From the NCBI GenBank assembly GCA_944391215.1, contig CALXSR010000052.1:64511-128510 (forward strand): DNA of 64,000 nucleotides. Reading direction: 5' to 3'. The stretch comes from an uncultured Clostridia bacterium (lineage in GTDB: Bacteria > Bacillota > Dehalobacteriia > UBA4068 > CALXSR01). The notes under the pieces were generated by a model, which was not told the origin of the DNA, did no database searches, and was given only the letters and a program-made list of their open reading frames with translations. Of the stretch, positions 10,229-20,457 are shown in pieces (position 1 is the stretch's first letter; each line of letters opens with the position of its first letter). The translations under genes and the position numbers were made by a program.

Positions 10229-11837
10229 TTATAAATCTTGCTGAATAACACGAGCAATATTATTTGCATGGTCCCCTACCCGCTCTAAATTACCAATCAT
10301 ATCCAAAAAGACAATGCCGGAAGCCGGAATACATTTTCCATCACTTAAACGCGTAATATGGCTTTTGCGCAGTATCTTTTCCATATCGTCAATGGCATTT
10401 TCCTGGGCTAAAATTCGCTTCGCATACATAATGTCGCTTTTTTTCAACCCCTCAATGGCACTATACAAAATATCGCTTGTTAAAGCCGCCATCGTACGCA
10501 GTTCCTCTAAAGCCAAAGAAGAAAAATACAAATTTTCATCCATACTGGTTTGCGCTAATTCACAAATATTGGTAGAATGATCACTCACTCGTTCAAAGTC
10601 ATGCGTTGCCTGAATTAAACCGGTTACTATAGCCGAATCATGATCCGTTAAGCCTTGTTGCGCTACTTTTGATAAATAAGTATTAATTGCCGTTTCCAAG
10701 CTATCTATCACATCTTCTTTTTCCATCACATCTTTTATCTGTTCTTTATCCTTTTGAAAAAAAAGCCTGCATAGCATTTTCAAAATTCTCAGTTGCCAAC
10801 TCTCCCATACGGGTCAATTCTTTTTTTGCTAGGGAAATAGCAATACTAGGAGTAGCGATGCTTTTATTGTTCAAGTAAAGAGGTCCCTTTACAATCACTC
10901 TTTCTTCCCCAGGCATAATACGGTTAACTAAAGCAACAAACTGATTGATAAAAGGTAATAAAATAATGGTAGTGATGCAGTTAAAGATGGTATGCGCATT
11001 GGCAATTTGCCGGGCAATATCCGCCCCGGAAGATAATGTTTCTACCAAAATTTTAAAATAGGGCAAAAACAACATACATAATATAGCGCCAATTACATTA
11101 AATAAAACATGAGAAAGCGCGGCCTTTCTAGCATTCAGTTTAGTGCCAATACTAGCTAACATAGCGGTAATACAAGTTCCAATATTCATCCCCAGCATAG
11201 CCGGTAAAGCAACGTCTAAACCAATTAACCCCTGCGAACTCATAGCAATCAAAATACCAATCGTAGCACTACTACTTTGCACAACAAATGTAATAAGCAT
11301 CCCAATTAATAAAATTAAAACGCTATGGCCACCAAAACGAATAATAAAATCCTGGAACATAACGGAATCTCGTAAAGGAACCATAGAACTACTCATAATT
11401 TCCATGCCCATAAAAAGAAGGCCAAAGGAGAAGAAAACAAAACCCGTATACTTCAATGTATTTTTTTTCGCAATAAAATAAATTAAAAAACCAAATGCTA
11501 AAATAGGCAAATAATAATCGCCTAAATCAAAGGCAATCAATTGAGCTGTAACCGTAGTACCAATATTAGCACCAATAATAACGGCTACCGCCTGTTTCAA
11601 AGTCATTAACCCGGCGTTAACAAAACCGATTACCATAACGGAAGTTGCGCTACTGCTCTGAATAATAGCAGTAACAACAGTACCCAATAGAACCCCTAAA
11701 ATAGGATTACTTGTCAGAGCGCTTAATATACTCCGCATGCGGTCCCCAGCTATTTTTTGCAGACCGGTTCCCATATTGGTCATACCATAGATAAATAAAG
11801 CTAAGCCGCCAAAGAGGCTCAAAACACTCATTACCAT
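10229..11837 (-). pseudogene. Na/Pi-cotransporter II-related protein (YjbB-like transporter domain plus C-terminal PhoU-like domains), split by a frameshift at a T8 homopolymer.
   Basis: ORF 10746..11837 (363 aa) is the transporter domain; ORF 10229..10783 (184 aa) holds the PhoU-like repeats. They overlap by 38 nt in different frames. Removing one base from the A8 run at 10757-10764 (T8 on the coding strand) fuses ...AMQAFF to QKDKEQIKDV..., giving a single protein of about 547 aa. Confidence 0.6.
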
Positions 11838-11948
11838 GTATGTAAATCCCCCTTAAGTTATGGCATAAAGACAAAATACACCAGTTATCATTATATCATT
11901 AAGAGGGAAACTTGACTATAGCCAAGTTCGAAAAAATTCATCAAATTT

Positions 11949-12155
11949 TTACATTTTTATGGTGGCGCCAGGAGAAAAGCGCCGATCACAATAATCTTTC
12001 GGGTTACTACTTAATAAACGAACAATTTTTCTTTCCCCATTTTTCTCCTTAGTAACTAAAACATCTCTTCCCAAATACTGAAAAGATTCATATTCTTGCG
12101 CTTGTTCAAAACCGTTAAATACAATTTCTTCCGGAATAATACTCCAAAGAAGCAT
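11949..12155 (-). CDS. ylzJ: YlzJ-like protein.
   Basis: A 68-aa ORF immediately downstream of the tepA-like gene and upstream of ftsK/spoIIIE. This matches the B. subtilis tepA-ylzJ-spoIIIE arrangement. Confidence 0.55.
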   Translation of the reverse strand: MLLWSIIPEEIVFNGFEQAQEYESFQYLGRDVLVTKEKNGERKIVRLLSSNPKDYCDRRFSPGATIKM

Positions 12156-12157
12156 CT

Positions 12158-12985
12158 TTAATTCACTTCCTTTGTATTTTTTCCTTTACGTTTCCCTTTT
12201 TTAGATTTTTCTTTTTCCCTTTGGACAATCATTTTATTTAAATAAGATAGTGCTTCCTGCAAACCGCCCGTTTCATCAATTAAACCACATTCTACCGCAT
12301 CTTTTCCCACCAAAATAGTACCAATATCGCGCGCTAGTTCGCCTGTAGCTAACATCAATTCGCGAAATTTTTCTTCTTTGATATGAGAATGCTTGGTAAT
12401 AAAGCCAATAACCCTATCTTGCATACGGTCTAAATAATCAAAACTTTGTTGCACCCCTACCACCAAACCAGTCAAGCGAATTGGGTGAATGGTCATTGTC
12501 GCGGTAGAGGCAATAAAGGTACGATCTGCAGATACTGCCAAGGGGACCCCAATACTATGTCCGCCACCCAAAACCAAGGATACCGTAGGTTTTGATAAAC
12601 TAGCAATCATCTCGGCCATAGCCAAACCAGCTTCAACATCGCCGCCTACCGTATTTAAAATAATAATTAACCCCTTCACATCGGGAGATTCCTCAACTGC
12701 CACCAATTGCGGGATAATATGCTCATACTTGGTAGTTTTGTTTTGCGGCGGCATGACCAAATGACCTTCCACTTGACCAATAATTGTAATAACATGAATC
12801 CCGTTATTTGGCTCTTTAGGGAGTTGCAACTGCCCCATTTCATTTAACAATTCTGTTTGGACTACTGGTTTTGTCTCTTGCTGATTGTCTTCATCGGTAT
12901 CTAAAGGTTCGTTATCCGGATTAATTTCATTTACTGGCATAACGGGTAAAAAAGAACTTCCCGCCAATATTGCCTGGTTTTTCAT
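12158..12985 (-). CDS. tepA: ClpP-like protease-family protein TepA (translocation-enhancing protein).
   Basis: ClpP/crotonase-like core (IIGQVEGH...[17 protein letters not shown]...). Start taken at MKNQAIL (ATG 12983-12985) with RBS AAAGGA. It lies downstream of rnj, as in B. subtilis. Confidence 0.7.
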   Translation of the reverse strand: MKNQAILAGSSFLPVMPVNEINPDNEPLDTDEDNQQETKPVVQTELLNEMGQLQLPKEPNNGIHVITIIGQVEGHLVMPPQNKTTKYEHIIPQLVAVEESPDVKGLIIILNTVGGDVEAGLAMAEMIASLSKPTVSLVLGGGHSIGVPLAVSADRTFIASTATMTIHPIRLTGLVVGVQQSFDYLDRMQDRVIGFITKHSHIKEEKFRELMLATGELARDIGTILVGKDAVECGLIDETGGLQEALSYLNKMIVQREKEKSKKGKRKGKNTKEVN

Positions 12986-13064
12986 AAAAACCATCCTTTC
13001 GCAAATAGATTGACTGGAAGTTATTATTCCTTTTTTGATACTTTTTATGCTATTTTCCCTATTC

Positions 13065-15023
13065 TTAACTGATCGTGGTAATAATAGGTAAAATAATTGG
13101 TCGCCGATGTGTTCGAGCAAAAACTTGTTTGCTTGTTGTTTCCCGCATTATATTGCGCAAACGATTAAAATCATATTCCCCGCTGTCTTGCAGATAAGTA
13201 TTTAATTGCTGTTCTAATTTTGCTTTTAATTCTTTTAGCCAATCCTCATAATCTTGGGCAAAGATAAAACCTCGGGAAACAATATCCGGCCCAGCAATAA
13301 TTTTTCGACCGTCCTTATCCATAATTAAAGTTAAAATAACAATCCCATCTTCTGATAATTGTTTGCGATCTTTCAAAACGGAATTTCCGATATCACCAAC
13401 CCCCAAGCCGTCTACTAAAATACGACCGGAAGGTACCGTACCACTAATTTTTCCCTGCTTTTTATTGATATCTAAAACTTGACCATTTTCCATTACAAAA
13501 ATATGATTAGCAGGAATACCCACACTTTCTGCTAAGCATTTATGCTTATAAAGCATACGGTATTCGCCATGAATAGGCACAAAGAAAGTAGGCTTTACCA
13601 TCGTTAAAAGTACCTTTAATTCCTCTTGACTAGCATGACCAGATACATGAATACCCAAAGAACGTTCATACATAACATTAGCGCCCAAACGGTACAAATT
13701 ATCAATGGTACGCGAAATGGATTTTTCATTTCCGGGAATTGGGCTAGCTGAAATAACAATCGTATCGCCTTCTTTAATTTGTACCTGACGATGTTCCCCT
13801 TTGGCCATACGGGCTAAGCCGGCCATTGGTTCTCCCTGACTTCCTGTGGTAATAATCAATACATGCTTATCCGGATAATCTTTTACCTGGTCAATATCGA
13901 TCATTGTATTTTTTTTACATTGCAAATAACCCATTTCCCGCGCTATGCTTGTAACATTTTCCATACTACGACCTAAAACCGCCACTTTACGGTTATTTTG
14001 TTCCGCTGCCCAAATTGCTTGCTGAATACGATGCACATTAGAAGCAAATGTAGTTAAAATAATGCGACCGGAAATATTGCGAAAAATGGTATCAAAACGA
14101 TCTCCTACTGTTTTTTCTGACGCCGTATAGCCTTCTCGCTCCGCATTGGTACTATCTGCCAAAAGAAGCAATACCCCTTCTTCTCCCAAAGCTGCAATGC
14201 GGCCAAAATCCATCATTTGTCCGTCAATGGGATTCATGTCCATTTTAAAGTCACTCACATGTAAAACTGTTCCAATTGGAGTATGAATAGCCATGCCCAT
14301 AGAATCTGGAATACTATGAGAAAGCCGAATAAATTCTACTTTAAAAGGTCCCGCCGTAATGGTGTCATGGGCCTTCACTTCTTGCAATTTCACATCATTT
14401 AAATGATGTTCTTTTAATTTTACGCTTAACAGGCCTAGCGTAAGCCTTGAGCCATAAACAGGCACATCCAATGCTTTTAATAAATAAGGTAATGATCCAA
14501 TATGATCCTCGTGGCCATGCGTTAAAAAGATTCCCCGTACCATTTCTTTATTTTCTACCAAATAGGTATAATCGGGCACTACCAAATCAATACCCAATAA
14601 TTCTTCTTCTGGGAACATAACGCCACAATCAACCACAATAATATTATTGCCATATTTGAAAACAGTCATGTTTTTCCCAACTTCGCCCAATCCCCCTAAA
14701 GGAATAATCGATAATTTCGCACTACCATTATTATGGTTTGGGCGCCGCCCTCGGCTTTTTTTATTACCAGTACTATTGGCGGCATTTGTTTCTTTCTCAT
14801 TCTTTTTGTTTATTTTTTCTACTCTTTTTGCTGTGGGAAGATTCTTTTTACCAACATTGCTTTTCGTCTGATTATAATTAGAAGTTCCCTGTTTTTCCCC
14901 AGGTGTTTTCCCGGTATTTTTTTCTACATTTTTTACCGGTTTCTTCCCAGGCAAAGAAGAAAGAATAGACGCCACCCTTCCGCTTTTTGAAGCAGCCACA
15001 TCTTTCTCTTTACTTGCGTCCAT
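13065..15023 (-). CDS. rnj: Ribonuclease J (metallo-beta-lactamase / beta-CASP) with an N-terminal basic low-complexity extension of about 95 aa.
   Basis: HGHEDHIG motif, the beta-CASP region, and the canonical N-terminus [16 protein letters not shown] all lie in frame after 95 codons rich in K, N, G, S and T. A strong RBS (AAGGAGA) sits 7 nt before the ATG at 15021-15023. No in-frame ATG, GTG or TTG occurs near the canonical start. Confidence 0.85.
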   Translation of the reverse strand: MDASKEKDVAASKSGRVASILSSLPGKKPVKNVEKNTGKTPGEKQGTSNYNQTKSNVGKKNLPTAKRVEKINKKNEKETNAANSTGNKKSRGRRPNHNNGSAKLSIIPLGGLGEVGKNMTVFKYGNNIIVVDCGVMFPEEELLGIDLVVPDYTYLVENKEMVRGIFLTHGHEDHIGSLPYLLKALDVPVYGSRLTLGLLSVKLKEHHLNDVKLQEVKAHDTITAGPFKVEFIRLSHSIPDSMGMAIHTPIGTVLHVSDFKMDMNPIDGQMMDFGRIAALGEEGVLLLLADSTNAEREGYTASEKTVGDRFDTIFRNISGRIILTTFASNVHRIQQAIWAAEQNNRKVAVLGRSMENVTSIAREMGYLQCKKNTMIDIDQVKDYPDKHVLIITTGSQGEPMAGLARMAKGEHRQVQIKEGDTIVISASPIPGNEKSISRTIDNLYRLGANVMYERSLGIHVSGHASQEELKVLLTMVKPTFFVPIHGEYRMLYKHKCLAESVGIPANHIFVMENGQVLDINKKQGKISGTVPSGRILVDGLGVGDIGNSVLKDRKQLSEDGIVILTLIMDKDGRKIIAGPDIVSRGFIFAQDYEDWLKELKAKLEQQLNTYLQDSGEYDFNRLRNIMRETTSKQVFARTHRRPIILPIITTIS

Positions 15024-15217
15024 ATAAATGTCTCCTTAATATCATTATGTTTTTATTTATCATAAGCATACCGGGCTCAACTTCCGGTATGTTAAAATAC
15101 AAATATAAAATAGATACAAAACAAAAGCCCGATTGGCTATTAACCAAACCGGGCATTGCTTGGTAATATGTAATTATTATACCATGAATCAACCAGAAAT
15201 ATCCACTCGCAAAAAGT

Positions 15218-16096
15218 TTATTTTAGACCATATTCCTGCAAAGTTTGCAGAATAATTTGTTCTTCTGCACTGCTCGGAGGAACCAAAGGTAAGCGGAAAG
15301 GCCCCAAATTCCAACCTAACAAATTCATAGCCGCTTTTACTGGAATCGGATTCGATGTAATAAACATCGTTTTAAACGCCTTTAATAAATGTAAATGCAT
15401 TTCTTTTGCAGCTTGCGTATTCTTATCATGGTAACTTTGCACCATTTGTTGAATTTCTTTTCCCCAAATATGCGCAGCCACACTAATAATACCGCAGGCG
15501 CCTACCGCAAGCATCGGTAAAGTCAAAGCATCGTCCCCAGAATAAATCGCAAAATCTTCCTTACATAAAGAACGAATTTTAGCAGCTTGTTCTACAGAAC
15601 CGCCGGCTTCCTTTACCGCCGCAATATTTTTAATTTCCGCCAACCTTGCCACCGTTTCCGGCTGCATGTTGGTACCAGTACGTCCTGTTACATTATAAAG
15701 AATAACCGGTAAATCCGTACATTCGGCAATTGCCTTAAAATGCTGGTATAACCCTTCTTGGGGTGGTTTATTGTAATAGGGAACTACGGCTAAAATACCA
15801 TCCGCTCCCATTTTTGACACCTTTTTTGTCATATCGACAGAAGCCTGGGTATTATTATTGGTAGAACCGCAAATAATTTTAGCCCGATTGCCTACCGCCT
15901 CTTTCACCGCTTTTAATAACTGTATTTTTTCTTCACCGGTCAAAGTAGGACTTTCTCCTGTCGTACCCGCTACCAATATGGAATCACTACCATTTTCTAA
16001 CAAATAAACGGCTAATTCTTGCGCTTTTTCGTAATTGACTGTGCCATCAGCATGAAACGGGGTTAACATAGCTGTCACAACATTACCAAAAATCAT
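15218..16096 (-). CDS. dapA: 4-hydroxy-tetrahydrodipicolinate synthase.
   Basis: 292 aa, DapA family (MIFGNVVTAMLTPF..., GSTGE and related motifs). Confidence 0.9.
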   Translation of the reverse strand: MIFGNVVTAMLTPFHADGTVNYEKAQELAVYLLENGSDSILVAGTTGESPTLTGEEKIQLLKAVKEAVGNRAKIICGSTNNNTQASVDMTKKVSKMGADGILAVVPYYNKPPQEGLYQHFKAIAECTDLPVILYNVTGRTGTNMQPETVARLAEIKNIAAVKEAGGSVEQAAKIRSLCKEDFAIYSGDDALTLPMLAVGACGIISVAAHIWGKEIQQMVQSYHDKNTQAAKEMHLHLLKAFKTMFITSNPIPVKAAMNLLGWNLGPFRLPLVPPSSAEEQIILQTLQEYGLK

Positions 16097-16124
16097 AAAA
16101 ACCCCCTCCTAATTAACTAACAAA

Positions 16125-17135
16125 TTAAAGTAAGTTTTCCTGAATCAACAATTCAGCAATTTGAATACTGTTGGTGGCAGCTCCCTTTCGAATTTGGTCA
16201 GCAACTACCCAAAAAGCCAACCCTTTATCACAAGAAATATCACGGCGAATCCGACCGACATAAACTTCATCGGTATCAGATGCAAATAAGGGCATCGGAT
16301 ATTTTAAATTTGCCGGATCATCTATTACGATAATACCAGGCGCTTTGGCAAACAAAGCACGTGCTTCATCCGGTGTAATATTTTTTTCTAATTCTATGTT
16401 AATGGATTCCGAATGGCTCCGATAAACAGGCACCCGTACCGTGGTAGCACAAATTTTCATGTCTGGAGCATGCATAATTTTTTGCGTTTCCCAAACCATC
16501 TTCATTTCTTCTTTGGTATAATCTTCTTCTAAGAACTTATCAATATGGGGAATTAGGTTAAAAGCAATTTGGTATGGGAATACTTTGGCAACCGCTTCTT
16601 CCCCTTTTACAATCGACGATACTTGATCCGTCAATTCGTCGATAGCTTCTTTACCGGCACCAGATACAGCTTGATAGGTGGATACAATTAAACGCTTAAT
16701 TACCCCCGCATCGTGCAATGGTTTTAAGGCCACCACCATTTGAATCGTCGAACAATTCGGATTCGCAATAATCCCTTTATGCCACCGAACATCTTCCGGG
16801 TTCACTTCTGGTACAACAAGGGGAACTTCCGGATCATAGCGAAACGTGCTGCTATTATCAATAACTACCGCCCCGGCATCCACAGCCGGCTGTGCATATG
16901 CTTTACTAGCGGAACCCCCGGCAAAGAAAACTAAATCCAATCCAGCAAAAGAATTTTCCGTTGTTGCTTCTACTGTGTATTCCTTACCTTGATAATTTAT
17001 CTTCTTACCATGCGACCGTTCCGACGCCAAAAGCTTCAGATCGGCAATGGGAAAATTTCTTTCAGCCAAAACCTTGAGAAGCTCATGACCTACTGCGCCC
17101 GTTGCTCCTACAATACCCACATTGTACTTTTTCAT
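16125..17135 (-). CDS. asd: Aspartate-semialdehyde dehydrogenase.
   Basis: Start set at MKKYNVGIVGATGAVG (ATG 17133-17135) behind RBS GGGAGG. The longer ORF reaching 17204 is a spurious extension. Confidence 0.9.
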   Translation of the reverse strand: MKKYNVGIVGATGAVGHELLKVLAERNFPIADLKLLASERSHGKKINYQGKEYTVEATTENSFAGLDLVFFAGGSASKAYAQPAVDAGAVVIDNSSTFRYDPEVPLVVPEVNPEDVRWHKGIIANPNCSTIQMVVALKPLHDAGVIKRLIVSTYQAVSGAGKEAIDELTDQVSSIVKGEEAVAKVFPYQIAFNLIPHIDKFLEEDYTKEEMKMVWETQKIMHAPDMKICATTVRVPVYRSHSESINIELEKNITPDEARALFAKAPGIIVIDDPANLKYPMPLFASDTDEVYVGRIRRDISCDKGLAFWVVADQIRKGAATNSIQIAELLIQENLL

Positions 17136-17204
17136 TTGAATAGCCTCCCTGCAATTATTTTGCATTTTTCTATTTGGTTTTGTATTTCGTCTATTATATA
17201 CCAT

Positions 17205-17801
17205 TTAAGATTTGTATTGCAAGACCAAAGGCTGAATTTGCTTCCCTTTTAATGCGAAAAGTATCGTATCTTTTATTTTTTGTGGATCAGACAATAAAGA
17301 ATTTGGTTTTTTATCCGGATCATCTTGCCCAAACGGGACCATGAAAATATTTTTACTGTTCAATAACAGTCCTAAATTTTTTGCATTAAATCCCAAGGCA
17401 TCGTTTGTCGCAATGCTTAAAACAACTGGTCTTTCATTACGCAAATGCGCTTTGACAGCCATTAAAACAGAGGAATCGGTAATTCCGTTCGCTAATTTCG
17501 CCATCGTATTACCGGAACAAGGCGCCACCACCAAAACATCACACAATTTTTTAGGCCCAATCGGTTCTGCTGTCGTTATTTTCGTAATCGGTGCTGCACA
17601 CCCCATATCATTCATTTTTTTCTTCCAGCTTTCCGCTGTACCAAATCGACTATCCGTACCATCTACGCTAGCCGATAAAATTGGCATAACAGTTGCGCCA
17701 TCTTCCTGAATTGCTTTTCTCATTTGTTCCATATATTGTTCTAGCGTACAATGAGAGCCGGTTAAAGCCCAACCAATTTTTAACCCTTCTAAAGAATTCA
17801 C
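17205..17801 (-). CDS. dpaB: Dipicolinate synthase subunit B (flavoprotein).
   Basis: 198 aa. Flavoprotein fold with GWALTGSHC...VAPCSGNTMAKLANGI. Confidence 0.85.
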   Translation of the reverse strand: MNSLEGLKIGWALTGSHCTLEQYMEQMRKAIQEDGATVMPILSASVDGTDSRFGTAESWKKKMNDMGCAAPITKITTAEPIGPKKLCDVLVVAPCSGNTMAKLANGITDSSVLMAVKAHLRNERPVVLSIATNDALGFNAKNLGLLLNSKNIFMVPFGQDDPDKKPNSLLSDPQKIKDTILFALKGKQIQPLVLQYKS

Positions 17802-17818
17802 TGAAAAACCCCCTTTCC

Positions 17819-18703
17819 CTAACTGCTTCTTCCAAAAAAACCATCCAACAATAATGGATAATTTTCTGCCAATATCTTTCCCGCACTATCCGGAGCCACC
17901 TTACCCGGTAAGCCGCTTGCTAAAAATGCCCGGATTCCGAAACTTTGTGCCGCTTGAAAGTCTGTACCACCTGGTTTGGAAGCCAAATCAACCACAATAG
18001 CGTCTGCCGGCATTCTTTTTAAAACAGTGGCAGGTAAAACCATGGCCGGTACCGTATTAAAAATAACTTTAGCTCGCGCAGCCAAACGTGGAAGATCCTC
18101 CATCCCAGCAGTTTCTAAGCCATCCCTTTGCGCCATTTTTCTTTTTTCCTCGCCACGATTTACTACTTTTACAACTGCCCCCAATGCTTTTAAGCGTATA
18201 GCCAAGGCCTCTCCTACCCGGCCATACCCCAAAACCAGCATCGTACAACCATAAATTGTTTCTGATAATTCTTCCATAACGAGCTGAATTGCCCCCTCTG
18301 CAGTTGGGACTGCATTAGGAATCGCAATGCGATCCATTTCTGCCGTTTCCATCAAATGCCAACCATTTTCCCGACTTAATTCCCTTAAAAAGGCAGATGC
18401 TTTTCCTACTAATACCGGAGTATCTGCCGGCAAATTGCTCCAAACACTTTTTGGCAAATGTTCTACAGTAGAAAGAGGCGCAAATAATTGCCCATCATTG
18501 CTGATACCCGGCATAGGTAAAATTAAAGCGGTTGCTTTTTGCAGTGCGGCCGATAAGTCATTGCAATATACGACGCCTTCTGGTAATTTCTCCCAAGGCA
18601 ATCCAAAAGCCCAAACAGGATAACCAGCATGCAAAAGGCCTTTCAATAATACCAATTCCCTGGTATCACCGCCTGCAACCAATACCAGTCCTTTTCTTTC
18701 CAC
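17819..18703 (-). CDS. dpaA: Dipicolinate synthase subunit A.
   Basis: 294 aa with a Rossmann GYGRVG motif. It appears to start at GTG (18701-18703), behind a G-rich RBS. Confidence 0.8.
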   Translation of the reverse strand: MERKGLVLVAGGDTRELVLLKGLLHAGYPVWAFGLPWEKLPEGVVYCNDLSAALQKATALILPMPGISNDGQLFAPLSTVEHLPKSVWSNLPADTPVLVGKASAFLRELSRENGWHLMETAEMDRIAIPNAVPTAEGAIQLVMEELSETIYGCTMLVLGYGRVGEALAIRLKALGAVVKVVNRGEEKRKMAQRDGLETAGMEDLPRLAARAKVIFNTVPAMVLPATVLKRMPADAIVVDLASKPGGTDFQAAQSFGIRAFLASGLPGKVAPDSAGKILAENYPLLLDGFFGRSS

Positions 18704-18748
18704 AGATATAATAACCCCCCTTACCCCATCAATCTATTCCATTATATG

Positions 18749-18784
18749 TAAAAAAAGAAAGACCGGTGCTATTAGCACCGGTCT
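18749..18784 (-). terminator. Rho-independent terminator downstream of dapB.
   Basis: AGACCGGTGCT-att-AGCACCGGTCT stem. On the minus strand it is followed by TTTCTTTTTTT. Confidence 0.7.
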
Positions 18785-18804
18785 TTTCCAAGCAACATCA
18801 GCCT

Positions 18805-19602
18805 TTACATAATTTTTTCTAAACCATAAGTTAGCCCTTGTAATCCCAATACCTTTCTTACCGCCAATAAAACACCGGGCACAAAGGAATCCCGCGAAAT
18901 AGAATTATGACTTATGGTTAAGGTTTGCCCCGTATCGCCAAAAATCACGTCTTGACTGGCTACAAAACCTGGTAAGCGAACGCTATGGACCCGCATACCT
19001 TGGAAATCTCCGCCCCGACTGCCATTGATTTTTTCAAATTCATTGGGAGCGCCTTGCGTAAATACTTTCCGTCCTTGCGCAATCCGCTCTAAAGTTGAAA
19101 TCGCGGTACCAGAAGGCGCGTCTATTTTTTGATCATGATGTTTTTCAATCACTTCAACATGCGGCATATAACGCGCGGCAATCTCTGCAAATTGCATCAT
19201 CAATACCGCTCCTAAAGCAAAATTTGGAGCTACAAAAGCTGGCGTTTGCCAAATTTTAGTTAAATTATCAATTTCTTGCAGTTCCGCTTCTCCTAAACCA
19301 GTTGTGCCGACCACAACGGCAACTTTATGTTCCATCGCTGTGCGAATATTTTTCATAACTGCTTGCGGATTTGTAAAATCTACCATTACTTGAGGCTTCG
19401 TCTTTTCTAATACCATTGTTAAATTTTCTTCTATCTTAACTCCTACTGCATCCATGCCGCATAAAGAGCCAATATCTTGTCCAGCGCACTTAATATCCAC
19501 TGCCCCCACAATTTGTAAATCATCTTCTTGCATCAAACCAGTTGCCATTGCTCGGCCCATTTTTCCAGCGGCACCGTTCATTAGAAAAGTAATTCTACCC
19601 AT
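18805..19602 (-). CDS. dapB: 4-hydroxy-tetrahydrodipicolinate reductase.
   Basis: 265 aa; NGAAGKMGR Rossmann motif and DapB C-terminal domain. RBS GGGAGG. Confidence 0.9.
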   Translation of the reverse strand: MGRITFLMNGAAGKMGRAMATGLMQEDDLQIVGAVDIKCAGQDIGSLCGMDAVGVKIEENLTMVLEKTKPQVMVDFTNPQAVMKNIRTAMEHKVAVVVGTTGLGEAELQEIDNLTKIWQTPAFVAPNFALGAVLMMQFAEIAARYMPHVEVIEKHHDQKIDAPSGTAISTLERIAQGRKVFTQGAPNEFEKINGSRGGDFQGMRVHSVRLPGFVASQDVIFGDTGQTLTISHNSISRDSFVPGVLLAVRKVLGLQGLTYGLEKIM

Positions 19603-19665
19603 TTTTTATTTCCTCCCTCAAGTTAATTCCTACACTATTCGAGCTTAAGGCAAAAAATCCTTTTT

Positions 19666-19691
19666 CCCAATTAGAAAAGCCTGGTTTTATT
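19666..19691 (-). terminator. Putative terminator overlapping the ymxH stop codon.
   Basis: AAGCCTGGT-tttatt-ACCAGGCTT hairpin, followed on the minus strand by a TTCTAATT stretch. Confidence 0.4.
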
Positions 19692-19950
19692 ACCAGGCTT
19701 TATTCCCATACAGGCCATCTATTTCTACCACAATCACTTCTGAACCAATTTTTCGCACTGCTTCCCAGGGAACAATCAATTGTCTTTTTTCATTCCGCCA
19801 CGAACGCATTCCTTGACGGCTAGGTAAAATAATAGCGGATATTTCCCCCGTTTCCGGATCTACCATTAAATCAGAATCTCCCACTGTTCCTAAAACGCCA
19901 CCGTCATATATATTTACAATTCGTTTTCCCACTAATTCGCTTAAACGCAT
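19690..19950 (-). CDS. ymxH: YlmC/YmxH-family sporulation protein (PRC-barrel).
   Basis: Start set at MRLSELVGKRIVNIYDG behind RBS GGTGGTG. The family sequence is typical. Confidence 0.75.
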   Translation of the reverse strand: MRLSELVGKRIVNIYDGGVLGTVGDSDLMVDPETGEISAIILPSRQGMRSWRNEKRQLIVPWEAVRKIGSEVIVVEIDGLYGNKAW

Positions 19951-20007
19951 ATTTAACACCACCTAAATGTGATATTTTATTTTATGCGTCTTGTCTTGTT
20001 AATATGC

Positions 20008-20457
20008 TTAAATGCCGGTATGGCCAAAACCACCTTCGTTACGTTCCGTTTCCTCTAATTGCAAAACCGGCTGCCATTGCGCTTGCAAAACAGGAGCAAA
20101 AACCATTTGCGCAATCCGCATTCCTCTTTTTATGATAAAGTCTTTTTCTCCCAAGTTTATCAGAATTACCTGGATTTCTCCGCGAAAATCACTATCGATC
20201 GTACCCGGGCTATTCAACAAAGTAATACCATGTTTCGCCGCTAAACCGCTTCTTGGCCGCACTTGCGCCTCATACCCTTGCGGCAACGCTATTTTAATCC
20301 CCGTTGGTATCATAAGATAATGACCGCGTCGCAATAACACATCTTCCATCACGGCAGCGAGCAAATCCATACCAGCGGCTCCCATTGTCTGGTAAACAGG
20401 CAAAGACAATCCTTCATAATTGGTTAAGGTTTGTACCGGAATCTGTAATAGCTTCAC
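20008..20457 (-). CDS. dut: dUTP diphosphatase.
   Basis: 149 aa with dUTPase motifs ([22 protein letters not shown]). Confidence 0.9.
   Translation of the reverse strand: MKLLQIPVQTLTNYEGLSLPVYQTMGAAGMDLLAAVMEDVLLRRGHYLMIPTGIKIALPQGYEAQVRPRSGLAAKHGITLLNSPGTIDSDFRGEIQVILINLGEKDFIIKRGMRIAQMVFAPVLQAQWQPVLQLEETERNEGGFGHTGI

Noticed and set aside
15010-15192. 60-aa ORF in the dapA-rnj intergenic region
   Set aside because: It overlaps the rnj start and RBS and is low-complexity and hydrophobic. No RBS precedes it.
16125-17204. Longer 359-aa asd ORF with N-terminal MVYNRRNTKPNRK...
   Set aside because: The conserved Asd N-terminus MKKYNVGIVGATG starts at an internal ATG with a GGGAGG RBS. The upstream extension overlaps the dpaB 3' end and is not conserved-looking.
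18749-18784. GACCGGTGCT/AGCACCGGTC palindrome as a possible operator
   Set aside because: It has a loop and is followed by a T run on the dapB strand immediately after the dapB stop. It is a terminator.
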